Shown here piece after piece: positions 18,540 through 26,723 of a DNA stretch of 35,602 nt (position 1 is the stretch's first letter; each line of letters starts with the position of its first letter). The DNA is taken from IMG/VR virus record IMGVR_UViG_3300022407_003733, positions 1 to 35,602 of that record; one strand, given 5' to 3'. The position numbers and the translations under genes were made by a program. The DNA comes from a virus (taxonomy: Duplodnaviria > Caudoviricetes). The notes beneath the pieces are model-generated. The model saw nothing but the letters and a program-made list of their open reading frames with translations, made no database searches and was not told where the DNA came from.

Positions 18540-20719
18540 TGACCCCCTACTTTTCCCTCCCCAATCTGGCTGCAACCGACGTCCGGCTCGAAGAGCCCTC
18601 TGAGTGGCCACCAGAACTCGAAGGTTCACTCTCATTCCCCACGAAGGAGGAATTCCGTTCGTGGTGCGTGCAGCCGACAACCGACCACATCTTCTACTCC
18701 CTAGCAGAAGGGGTGTCCCCGCGCATCCGCGTCAACATTCATGATAACCCCGCCCATGTTCTCCACGGTTTCGTGGCTGACTATGACGGGGCAGGCATCG
18801 TCCTAGCAGACCTCATCACCCGTTGCCGGGCCCTACCCGAGCGCATCAGGCCAACGTGGGTCACAGAGACCTACTCCAACAAAGCCCGTGTCATCTGGGA
18901 GTTTACGGAGCCCGTGCAGCTCACCGGTGATCGCAAGATGGACGACAAGTTCATCCGCCTGCTGGGCAAAGAACTCCGCGTGGAGAAGCTGGCCCCCGGT
19001 CTGGATGAAGCGAGCTACGACACCAAGATGTATTGGGAGTTTGGGCGTAGCTGGGTGATGGTTGGCGGCAAGGTTGCCCGCGAGGTTACTTTCTCAAACT
19101 GGCTTTCCGTTATCGAGAAGGTGAAGTTTGAAGGAGCCGACCATGGCGAGTCAGTCATCCCGATCGAAGCCGTAGCAGCAGCACTGGAGAAGCGGTATCC
19201 AGCCTTCCGCGCACGGTGGGTGGGGGAATTCGTTCCCGGAGCCCGCGGCCCGCTCTTCTGGATTGAGGACGGCATCGAGCGAAGCGGCTGCGTTGTCACC
19301 GACATCGGTGTGCGTTCATTCTCCACCCGCTCCTCCAAGGGGCTGATGACATGGGGAGACCTTCTCGGCGGGGAGTTCGTCAAAGAGTTCCAGCAGAAGC
19401 GCCTGTCAGACGCCGCCGGAGAAGCCTACTACGAAACAGGGACAGGAACCTACTGTATCTACATCGCTGACGAGTGGAGGAGATACTCGAAGGAGGATTT
19501 GTTGATGCGGCTCAAAGTCGCCGGAATCAGCCACCGCCTCAAGCAGGGCAAGACCGCCACCGAAGCGGAGCAAGTCCTGACGATGATTCAGGAAACACGC
19601 CGAGTCGATGGGCAGGGACCGTTCCTCTTCAATGAAAACCCCGTCGTCACCTTCAACGGGTTCAAGATGCTCAATACCGCCTGCCTCAACGGCGTTATGA
19701 AGCCAGCCTCCGACAGCGACCCCGCCAAGTGGCCGTGGCTATACGAGTTCTTCGAGAACCTTTTTGAAGACGTAGAGCAGGAAGGTTGCCATCCGCGCGA
19801 CTTCTTCTTCGCATGGCTCCAGCGGTTCTGGCGTAGCGGCCTGAACTGCGAGCCCCGCCTCGGGCAGCTAGCCGTCCTCGCAGGCAAGCCAAGCAGGGGG
19901 AAGAGCTTCCTCGGCATCGCCGTCCTGCGCAAGATCATGGGAGGCGCGGTAGACGCCAGCAATTACCTGCTGGAGGGCAAGGGATTCAACCGCGAGCTCG
20001 GGGCCAGCCCGATCTGGAACGTGGATGACTCCAAAAGCACCGCGAGCTTCAACGACCACAAGCGGTTCTCGGAGATGTTGAAGAAGCACGCCGCCTCACC
20101 GGAGCTGGTGTTCCACCCGAAATACATGGACGCTGTGACGCTGCCGTGGTTTGGGCGCATCTTCATCACCTGCAATGACGACAGCGACTCACTCTCCATC
20201 CTGCCAACCCTTGACGGCTCCATCCTCGATAAGCTGCACCTATTCCGCTGCCACCCAACATGGAAGGCGGAGTTCGGCACCTTGAAGGAAAATGACGAGA
20301 TGCTCTCCCGAGAACTCCCCCATTTCCTCGCGTGGCTCGACGCATGGGAACCACCAGCCGGAGTCGTGGACCGCAAAAACCCTCGCTACGGCGTTGTGAG
20401 CTACCATCACCCAGCACTGGTGGAGAGCGCCCGAGACTCCAGCCCCGACCACCGGTTCGTGGAAATCTTGGAGGCGTGGCGGGAGTCACAGCTCGACATC
20501 CATGAGAAGGGCAAGCCGACCATCTGGGTAGGCTCCTGCACCGACCTCATTCGGATTATCAACAGCGATCAGAGCCTCGTCCCGCTGATGCGGAGCTACA
20601 GTCCGGTCGCAGTAGGGCGCATTCTCGCCAAGATCAGCGAATACTACAAGCCGCTGATTAGGACCACGAAGGCGTGCGGAATCACCCGCTACACCATCGA
20701 CTACTCTCTGACGCCCTAG
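18536..20719 (+). CDS. Primase-helicase (AEP-like N-terminus, SF3-like P-loop C-terminus)
   Basis: N-terminal FVADYD and TYSNKAR. C-terminal GKPSRGKS, WNVDD and FITCN. Confidence 0.75.
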   Translation: MMTPYFSLPNLAATDVRLEEPSEWPPELEGSLSFPTKEEFRSWCVQPTTDHIFYSLAEGVSPRIRVNIHDNPAHVLHGFVADYDGAGIVLADLITRCRALPERIRPTWVTETYSNKARVIWEFTEPVQLTGDRKMDDKFIRLLGKELRVEKLAPGLDEASYDTKMYWEFGRSWVMVGGKVAREVTFSNWLSVIEKVKFEGADHGESVIPIEAVAAALEKRYPAFRARWVGEFVPGARGPLFWIEDGIERSGCVVTDIGVRSFSTRSSKGLMTWGDLLGGEFVKEFQQKRLSDAAGEAYYETGTGTYCIYIADEWRRYSKEDLLMRLKVAGISHRLKQGKTATEAEQVLTMIQETRRVDGQGPFLFNENPVVTFNGFKMLNTACLNGVMKPASDSDPAKWPWLYEFFENLFEDVEQEGCHPRDFFFAWLQRFWRSGLNCEPRLGQLAVLAGKPSRGKSFLGIAVLRKIMGGAVDASNYLLEGKGFNRELGASPIWNVDDSKSTASFNDHKRFSEMLKKHAASPELVFHPKYMDAVTLPWFGRIFITCNDDSDSLSILPTLDGSILDKLHLFRCHPTWKAEFGTLKENDEMLSRELPHFLAWLDAWEPPAGVVDRKNPRYGVVSYHHPALVESARDSSPDHRFVEILEAWRESQLDIHEKGKPTIWVGSCTDLIRIINSDQSLVPLMRSYSPVAVGRILAKISEYYKPLIRTTKACGITRYTIDYSLTP

Positions 20720-20765
20720 TCAAGCGTCAGCAATAGGGCTCGCCGCCGCGACCACCCCATGGCCC

Positions 20766-20793
20766 TTGCACAAGGGTCATGGGGTTTTATATT
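20766..20793 (+). promoter_or_regulatory. Sigma70-like promoter, probably giving a leaderless transcript
   Basis: TTGCAC-N16-TATATT, then 7 nt to the in-frame ATG 20801. Confidence 0.55.
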
Positions 20794-20800
20794 GGCCCCT

Positions 20801-21247
20801 ATGGGAACCCAACCATGTAGCTCCTGCAAAGAGCACTTTGCCACATCTAAATCGAACCCAAGCGGAAAGCTATGCGGACGCTGTCGAGGGAGGCAGGAGC
20901 GCCAGAAGAGTCGGGGGAGCATCGAGATCAAAGCCCGAAACATGGCCACCAAAGCCAGAAGCAGGGCGAGAGCCAAAAAAATGCCCTGCGAGATCGACGC
21001 GCTGTGGATTGTCACCACATGGTATGAGCAACACGGCAGGTGCTACTTCAGCGGCAGGACCATGACCCTGAACCCGGGGCCACAAAATGTGAGCCTTGAC
21101 CGCCTGAGCTCAGCGAAGGGGTATACCCGGAAGAATACCGTGCTCGTAGCTCTGCGGGTGAACTCCATGAAGAGCGATCTACCCGTATCAGAGTTCTTGG
21201 ACTGGTGCGCGTCAATTACGACGCACGGTCAAAGAGGCGTTCGATAG
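20801..21247 (+). CDS. His-Me finger (HNH-like) endonuclease with N-terminal Zn ribbon
   Basis: CxxC...CxxC followed by GRCYFSG...SLDR..SAKGYTRKN......VNSMKSD. Confidence 0.7.
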   Translation: MGTQPCSSCKEHFATSKSNPSGKLCGRCRGRQERQKSRGSIEIKARNMATKARSRARAKKMPCEIDALWIVTTWYEQHGRCYFSGRTMTLNPGPQNVSLDRLSSAKGYTRKNTVLVALRVNSMKSDLPVSEFLDWCASITTHGQRGVR

Positions 21248-22685
21248 GCAGAGGCGCGTCAGAGTCAGGAGGCGGGCAAGAAGCGCGCTGCAGCCAGTCC
21301 ATGCTGCGCTGATACCGGGGCAGGGACTCAAGAACCGTGAGGTGCTCAGGCAGGAGATGGGTCTGCCAACCCGGATTCGAGGAAGCATTGAGGCACTCAT
21401 GGGGCAGATGGTAGGCTCCGACCAGCTTCTCGCACACGTCGTCAAGGGATTCAGGGCTGAAGGGTTGGAGGAGGTCAATCATGCCAGCCCACCAAGGCAG
21501 CGCCCACTTATGCTGGAACTGAGGATCAACGATCCGGCGGAAGAAGTCGTCAAAAGAGATCGAAGAAGACCGAGGCTCGTCAAAGACAGGGCAGTGACCG
21601 GTCTCACCACCCACTTTGAGCCCCCAATGGTAGAGCGAGCAGATGATCTCACGGGGGTCGCGGTAGAACATCACCGTCTTCCAGCCGTTTTTGAGAGCGA
21701 GCTCGATGTCCCCGGAGGTGACGTTGACATGATGCTGATGGAGGTAGTGGTATCCGACACCAGACGAAGTCAGGATGTCCTCCAGCTCGGACTTGCTCCA
21801 GTCACGGGCCTCCCCGCCGGGCTTACTGACCCATGAATCATGGCGTTCGTAGCCGCGGAGCACTCCTTTGAAGGCGACGTTGCAGTAGACCCCGCCAGAC
21901 TTACCGTAGTGGATGAAGAAAACCTTCTTCGGGTGGCCGCAAACCTCGCGCAGGACCGGAAGCAACGCCCCCGGGAGGCGCTGAATCACCGCGCGGCGCA
22001 GAGGAAGCACTTTAGCGCGCATCCACGGGTCTATCTCCAGAGCGTCAGTCATGTGGCAATGGATGGAGGAGGTAGGGCGACTGCCCACACCACCACGCCA
22101 GAAGCCGTAGTTGTGGTCGAGGGAGAAGTATGATGTGCGGAAGATCGCCGGAGCCAAGGACAGACACGTCTGTTCGTAGAAAGCAGCCTCCTGAGAGGGG
22201 GACAGGTAGGAGGAACGCCACCAAGCAGGGAAACTCTTGGAGGAGGTCCACAAAAAACCAGCATTGAAGAGGCCATAGCGCAGCGCGGTGGTCCCCATGT
22301 CCCTCGTTTCAGCCATGTTGAGGCTCAGAAGGAGCTCGTAATCGCCAAGAGGGAGTGTGACGCCCGTCAAGAAGACCAGATCAGCGTCAAAGAACAGAGT
22401 GTTGTCCTGCTTCTGAAGGGCCGCCTCCATAGCAGACATCTTCAGAAGGATGGCATCAGGCCGATGGAACCCATTATGGGTGGCCACGGTGTCCGGCATC
22501 GGCATCTCACAAGGGACAGCCACCACCGAAGGGTGAATCAAGGCTACCCGGGAGGCAATCTCGGCCGGACAGGCAACGTAGATGGGGGTGTCAGGGTAGT
22601 GGTGCAGGAAGGACAGGATAGCGAGGGTCGCTTCAGGCAGGACTTCGACGGTTGTGACAGTTGAACCGGATGAGATACGGGGCAT
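21216..22685 (-). CDS. Glycosyltransferase (GT-A, DxD) fused to a PAPS-dependent sulfotransferase
   Basis: N-half has LFFDADLVFL, FNAGFLW and YEQTCL. C-half has FFIHYGKSGG (5'-PSB loop) and FYRDPREIICSLY (3'-PB motif). ATG 22685 is preferred. Confidence 0.8.
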   Translation of the reverse strand: MPRISSGSTVTTVEVLPEATLAILSFLHHYPDTPIYVACPAEIASRVALIHPSVVAVPCEMPMPDTVATHNGFHRPDAILLKMSAMEAALQKQDNTLFFDADLVFLTGVTLPLGDYELLLSLNMAETRDMGTTALRYGLFNAGFLWTSSKSFPAWWRSSYLSPSQEAAFYEQTCLSLAPAIFRTSYFSLDHNYGFWRGGVGSRPTSSIHCHMTDALEIDPWMRAKVLPLRRAVIQRLPGALLPVLREVCGHPKKVFFIHYGKSGGVYCNVAFKGVLRGYERHDSWVSKPGGEARDWSKSELEDILTSSGVGYHYLHQHHVNVTSGDIELALKNGWKTVMFYRDPREIICSLYHWGLKVGGETGHCPVFDEPRSSSISFDDFFRRIVDPQFQHKWALPWWAGMIDLLQPFSPESLDDVCEKLVGAYHLPHECLNASSNPGWQTHLLPEHLTVLESLPRYQRSMDWLQRASCPPPDSDAPLPIERLFDRAS

Positions 22686-22739
22686 CGGAGAGGAATAGCA
22701 GCCCTGCAACCCAGCAGCAAGGAAGAACGCATCAAAATT

Positions 22740-23110
22740 ACAGGTGGGGGTAAATCCTGAGGACTTAAAACGCTGAGGCTGAGAGAACTATGACGAATTT
22801 GGTGGGAGATGTAGGGGTAAAAAAAGGGGGTATTTCTCTCCCCTACCTCTGTAAATCGTTGAACCTCAGTGAGTTACGTCAGTTTGGTAGGGGTGTAGGA
22901 GATAATTGGAATCAAATATAAAACTCCCGGGAAACAATAAAACAACACAGGGGCATGCACATACCCCCTATATTATACTCTATTATTAAAGAAGTATAGT
23001 GAACCCCTACATCTCCTACCAGCACCCATTCTACCAGCCTGCAATAAGGCTTGGAGTTGTAGGTGGGGGATGAAAAAAGGGGTGTTTTCTACCCCTACAC
23101 CCCTACTGAA
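22740..23110. other. Non-coding region with GTAGG(GG) iterated motifs and an AT-rich core, possible replication origin
   Basis: Inverted pairs at 22805-22818/23003-23016 (14 bp) and 22887-22899/23094-23106 (13 bp) surround an AT-rich stretch at about 22900-23000. Confidence 0.45.
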
Positions 23111-23113
23111 ATA

Positions 23114-23170
23114 GGGGTTGGGTTGGGATTTGGGTTGGGATTTGGGTTGCTGGGGGTTTGGGTTGGGGGG
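23114..23170 (+). repeat. G-tract repeat (TTGGGTTGGGAT)x2.7 plus further G runs
   Basis: Read directly: at least nine runs of three or more G with short T/A loops. Confidence 0.85.
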
Positions 23171-23184
23171 TTGGAGAAGCCTTC

Positions 23185-23212
23185 TTGCACCCTCCTCCCT
23201 CCCACGCATAGT
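23185..23212 (+). promoter_or_regulatory. Sigma70-like promoter for cysC, probably leaderless
   Basis: TTGCAC-N16-CATAGT, then 5 nt to ATG 23218. Confidence 0.45.
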
Positions 23213-23217
23213 CCTTC

Positions 23218-23796
23218 ATGCCCTCCAACACCGCCCGCCACGCTCGGGAACTTCTACTCGGACAACAAAGCCTAGTTGTCTGGCTCTATGGATTGTCAGG
23301 GGCTGGTAAGTCTACTCTTGCCTCCCTGCTCATTGAAGACCTGCACTCCTCAGGGGTCCTGACGGCTCCTCTTGATGGTGACGTCTTGAGGACTGGCCTG
23401 ACTCGTGGTCTTGGGTTCTCCCTCGACGACCGGACCGAGAACCTCCGCCGTGCTGCTGAAGCCGCCTCCTTGATTGCTGATACCGGGGCGGTCGTGGTCT
23501 GCAGTTTCATCACCCCCCTCCGCGATCACCGCCGCATGGTCCGCGATATTGTTGGGGCTGACAGATTCCTTGACGTCTATGTCCGCTGCCCTTTCGAAGT
23601 CTGCGCCTCCCGAGATGTGAAGGGGCTCTATCGCCACTCTCCCCCCGACTTCACTGGCCGGGACTCCCTCTTTGAGGAGCCCCTCGAAGTTCCCTCCCTG
23701 ATCATCGACACCAACTTGGTCCCGATTGATGTTGCCTCTCTGGCTTTGCTCTCTGCAACCCTGTCGCGGGGCACTGTTCACCTGAGTAGCCCCTGA
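23218..23796 (+). CDS. cysC: Adenylyl-sulfate (APS) kinase
   Basis: WLYGLSGAGKSTLA, LDGDVLR.GL...LGFS..DR.EN.RR, SFITP and RDVKGLY...FTG.D..FEEP. Confidence 0.95.
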   Translation: MPSNTARHARELLLGQQSLVVWLYGLSGAGKSTLASLLIEDLHSSGVLTAPLDGDVLRTGLTRGLGFSLDDRTENLRRAAEAASLIADTGAVVVCSFITPLRDHRRMVRDIVGADRFLDVYVRCPFEVCASRDVKGLYRHSPPDFTGRDSLFEEPLEVPSLIIDTNLVPIDVASLALLSATLSRGTVHLSSP

Positions 23797-24156
23797 GATT
23801 TTGGCCAAAATTCTGCGAGCCCCTAACCGATAGATTCACCGGCTCACGCGGCCCCCACACTACCCACCCGTGGGGGTGTCCACCGCGCACATCGTTGAGA
23901 ATCAACGACATACGCCGTGGCAGACTGAGGCTCTGGTAGCCTACTTCTCAGGTCACTTTTGGAAATCTTACTCTGTAAAGTGCTGGGACTAAACGATTTA
24001 GCCCTTAATGCAACAAAGTTGCACTATGCGCACGCCTCGCGTGGAACATGAGGAACATTCTGTTCCCCTGACCTGCGACGTCAACCCTTGACGCCTCGCG
24101 CGCTGCAATCTCTTCGAGATTGGAACCTGAGGTTCTAATCCCTCATCCCCTCATCC

Positions 24157-24196
24157 CCTTAGAACCTGATGTTCTAAGCCATACTACGAAGTAGAA
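24157..24196 (+). repeat. 40-bp perfect direct repeat, copy 1
   Basis: CCTTAGAACCTGATGTTCTAAGCCATACTACGAAGTAGAA, identical to 24870-24909. Confidence 0.95.
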
Positions 24197-24205
24197 GGTC
24201 ACAAA

Positions 24206-24230
24206 ACCCTTTGCTTCGGAAGGTTATGTT
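24206..24230 (+). promoter_or_regulatory. Early-promoter-like motif B, copy 1
   Basis: ACCCTTTGCTTCG is shared with 25422 and 27387, and is followed by TATGTT. Confidence 0.4.
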
Positions 24231-24270
24231 GTCGGCAATGAAGCTGACACAACCCAAACCAAACACGAAA

Positions 24271-24792
24271 ATGAAAAACACATCCGCCACCTCCGCCACC
24301 TCCGCCACCACCGACACCACCGCCACCATCGAAGATGGTAACAAGCACCTCGTGGCCTTCGGCAAGGCTGCTGAAGCCTATGGCAAAGCCACAGGGTCTT
24401 TCAAGTCGAAAACCGTCCAGACGGTTCTCGCACTCCGCACCGAGGGCTACGATGACAAAGTCATCACCGCCGCACTCCGTGCCATCGTCGAAAAATTCGG
24501 CGTCTCCCGTCAACACCTCAACCGTGTGCTCACTGCACCTGCCGCCGAAGGCGGCGCTGGCATGGAGGCAGAGAGAAAACACGAGAAATCCGGTGCCAAG
24601 TCCGTGAAGTCTGAACTCGGTGCCGTCGCCGCCAAAGGCGGCGTGAGCGTCAAGATCGCCGACCCTGTGAGCCTCTTCGCCGCTTTGCTCGTCGAATTCG
24701 AAGGTAAACACGCGAAGATCATGGTGCTGGCGGAGAAGCTCAACGAGCTCGCCTCGCAGGGCATGGAGAAAGCAGCTAAAGCTGCTAAGTAA
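24271..24792 (+). CDS. Basic Ala/Lys-rich protein with a helix-turn-helix-like motif
   Basis: LRAIVEKFGVSRQHLNRVL fits an HTH pattern. ATG follows an A/C-rich leader and the gene has its own terminator. Confidence 0.65.
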   Translation: MKNTSATSATSATTDTTATIEDGNKHLVAFGKAAEAYGKATGSFKSKTVQTVLALRTEGYDDKVITAALRAIVEKFGVSRQHLNRVLTAPAAEGGAGMEAERKHEKSGAKSVKSELGAVAAKGGVSVKIADPVSLFAALLVEFEGKHAKIMVLAEKLNELASQGMEKAAKAAK

Positions 24793-24814
24793 GCGCGGCG
24801 CAACGCCACCCACG

Positions 24815-24843
24815 GGGCATCTCTTCGGAGATGCCCTTTTTTT
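24815..24843 (+). terminator. Intrinsic terminator with cUUCGg loop
   Basis: GGGCATCTC-TTCG-GAGATGCCC followed by T7. Confidence 0.92.
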
Positions 24844-24869
24844 GTGCCCTGATCTCAAGACAGGGTGAG

Positions 24870-24909
24870 CCTTAGAACCTGATGTTCTAAGCCATACTAC
24901 GAAGTAGAA
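24870..24909 (+). repeat. 40-bp perfect direct repeat, copy 2
   Basis: Identical to 24157-24196. Confidence 0.95.
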
Positions 24910-24916
24910 CCCCGCA

Positions 24917-24958
24917 ACCCACCCACCTATGACACCCACCCACCCACCTATGACACCC
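24917..24958 (+). repeat. 21-bp perfect tandem duplication containing the start codon
   Basis: (ACCCACCCACCTATGACACCC)x2. Confidence 0.9.
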
Positions 24959-25381
24959 GCCAATCCCCCGCCCACCGTGCGTTGCTCCTGTGGAGCCGAA
25001 ACCATCCTCGACCATTGCCCCTTCTGTGGGTCTCAGTCGCTCTCCCCCAGCCGTTGCCGCCCCATGAATGCCACTGCCGCAGCGGCTTCAACCGTCGCCG
25101 ACCTCGCCCCCCGCGCATGGGAACTGCTCACGAACCGCGGCTATGCCAGCCGCGCGGCCCGCCGCATCATTCAACGCCGCCTGCGTGCGGCAGGTTACAG
25201 GTTCTACATCGCCTTGCCCGACGAGGGCCCGGCGCGATGGGGCATCCTGTCCCCCGGCGCGGGAATTCCCCGGCCTGAGGACGAGTTCTACTACGTTGGG
25301 GTGAGCCTCAACCACTGCGCCCATCAGATGGGCAACGACAACGCCGCCATCGGCTGGAAAGACTTCTGGAACTGGGACTGA
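24929..25381 (+). CDS. Hypothetical protein with N-terminal Zn-ribbon (CxC...CxxC)
   Basis: The stop codon abuts palindrome copy 4. The start is uncertain (24929, 24950 or a later ATG). Confidence 0.55.
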   Translation: MTPTHPPMTPANPPPTVRCSCGAETILDHCPFCGSQSLSPSRCRPMNATAAAASTVADLAPRAWELLTNRGYASRAARRIIQRRLRAAGYRFYIALPDEGPARWGILSPGAGIPRPEDEFYYVGVSLNHCAHQMGNDNAAIGWKDFWNWD

Positions 25382-25419
25382 GCCTTGGAACCTATGTTCT
25401 AAGCTCCTCCCGCGCTGCG

Positions 25420-25447
25420 TTGACCCTTTGCTTCGCAGTAGTATTTC
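25420..25447 (+). promoter_or_regulatory. Early-promoter-like motif B, copy 2
   Basis: TTGACC-N16-TATTTC. Bases 25422-25443 are identical to 27387-27408. Confidence 0.5.
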
Positions 25448-25491
25448 GATGGATGAACCATCACCCCGACAACCCCACCAACAGCACCCCC

Positions 25492-25803
25492 ATGCAAACG
25501 ACCGCCCACTACACCGCCGGACCGAAGGTCAACATCCTGACCATCGTCCGCGATGAACCCCGCAGAATCATCGCCAGCCTCGTCGTCAATGACGAGGAAG
25601 AAGCCCGTGAGATCGCCGCTGAGGTCGGCTCGAAGTTCTCGACCGACCCTCGCGCAACCTCCCCCTCGCCCGAAGCCATCGCAGCATGGCGTCAACTCCG
25701 CAAAGGTGCCCGCCGCAGGTCATACCCGACCCGCATCACCGACAACCGCGCGGCATACCGCCGCAAACAACTGGGGCTCCCGCCCCTGCAGCAGACGCAT
25801 TGA
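25492..25803 (+). CDS. Hypothetical protein
   Basis: ATG after a C/A-rich leader (alternative ATG 25453). The stop abuts palindrome copy 5. Confidence 0.6.
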   Translation: MQTTAHYTAGPKVNILTIVRDEPRRIIASLVVNDEEEAREIAAEVGSKFSTDPRATSPSPEAIAAWRQLRKGARRRSYPTRITDNRAAYRRKQLGLPPLQQTH

Positions 25804-25853
25804 CCCTTAGAACCTCAGGTTCCAACCCCACAACCCAGCAACCCAACAACCGC

Positions 25854-26045
25854 ATGACTATCGAACGTATCTCCGACCTCACCGGTCGTCGCCACACCCG
25901 TGAAGTTGACGTCACCGAAGCCCAGCTCAAATGCTGGGCCGAGGGCACCCTCATCCAAAACGTCATGCCCCACCTGTCGGCTGACGACAGGGAGTTCATC
26001 ATGTCAGGCATTACCCCCGAGGAGTGGGAAACCCTCACCGACTAA
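25854..26045 (+). CDS. Small conserved phage hypothetical protein
   Basis: LIQNVMPHLSADDREFIMSGITPEEW resembles a recurrent small phage protein family (from memory). ATG 25854 follows an A/C leader. Confidence 0.75.
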   Translation: MTIERISDLTGRRHTREVDVTEAQLKCWAEGTLIQNVMPHLSADDREFIMSGITPEEWETLTD

Positions 26046-26151
26046 CCCAATCCCTTAGAACCTCGCCCGAGACTTCATGGAATTTGCCCATGAGTAACCC
26101 CTTTCCCCGCGTATAGCGGGGCGAAACCCAAACCCAAACCCAAACGACAAC

Positions 26152-26682
26152 ATGAAACCGAAATCCAAATCCAAATCCAAATCCAAGTCCATCTCCACGC
26201 TCCCCCTCGTCCTCCCTACGCCGCCTTCAGGAGCGGCGGCCATCAAGGCCGTGACCCCACCCATCAAGCAGGCTGACCTGATCGAAGCTCTCGTCGCTCG
26301 ATCTCGCCAGAAGTACCTCCAAGACAATAAGGAGGCTGACGAGAAAGAGAAAGAGGCGGAGGCCATATACGCGTCCGCCCTCCTCGATTTGTATCGGGAG
26401 ACCCCGGCTCATTTCACCGGGTCCTCCAACCCCCACTACGGGATCGGGCAGCTCGTCTTGCAGCTCGTCTCTGCTCCCCCTGCCATCAAGAAGCTCCACT
26501 CCGCGTGCCGCATCACCCGCCCCCCTTACTGGGACGAGAAGCGCGTCCGCGCTGAGATCAAGGAGGGGCTCAATGGGCAGGCGTCCCGCGTCGCTGCCAT
26601 GCTGGGGGACACCCACGTCGTCGGCCTCCTCGACGATACCCTTGACGCCTTGAAAAACGCTGCCGAGAAACTCGCTGCTTAG
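26152..26682 (+). CDS. Hypothetical protein
   Basis: 176 aa with a KS-repeat N-terminus. The TAG stop lies inside palindrome copy 6. Confidence 0.7.
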   Translation: MKPKSKSKSKSKSISTLPLVLPTPPSGAAAIKAVTPPIKQADLIEALVARSRQKYLQDNKEADEKEKEAEAIYASALLDLYRETPAHFTGSSNPHYGIGQLVLQLVSAPPAIKKLHSACRITRPPYWDEKRVRAEIKEGLNGQASRVAAMLGDTHVVGLLDDTLDALKNAAEKLAA

Positions 26683-26723
26683 AACCTGAGGTTCTAAGCC
26701 CTGAAACCCAAACGACAACGATA

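Noticed and set aside
23797-24117. Physical genome terminus or packaging site
   Set aside because: The position between blocks is suggestive, but no terminal repeat or cos site can be shown without read data.
25429-25437. N4-type hairpin promoter (template-strand GCGAAGC mini-hairpin in motif B)
   Set aside because: The stem is only 3 bp, the 24206 copy cannot form it, and no virion RNA polymerase is visible.
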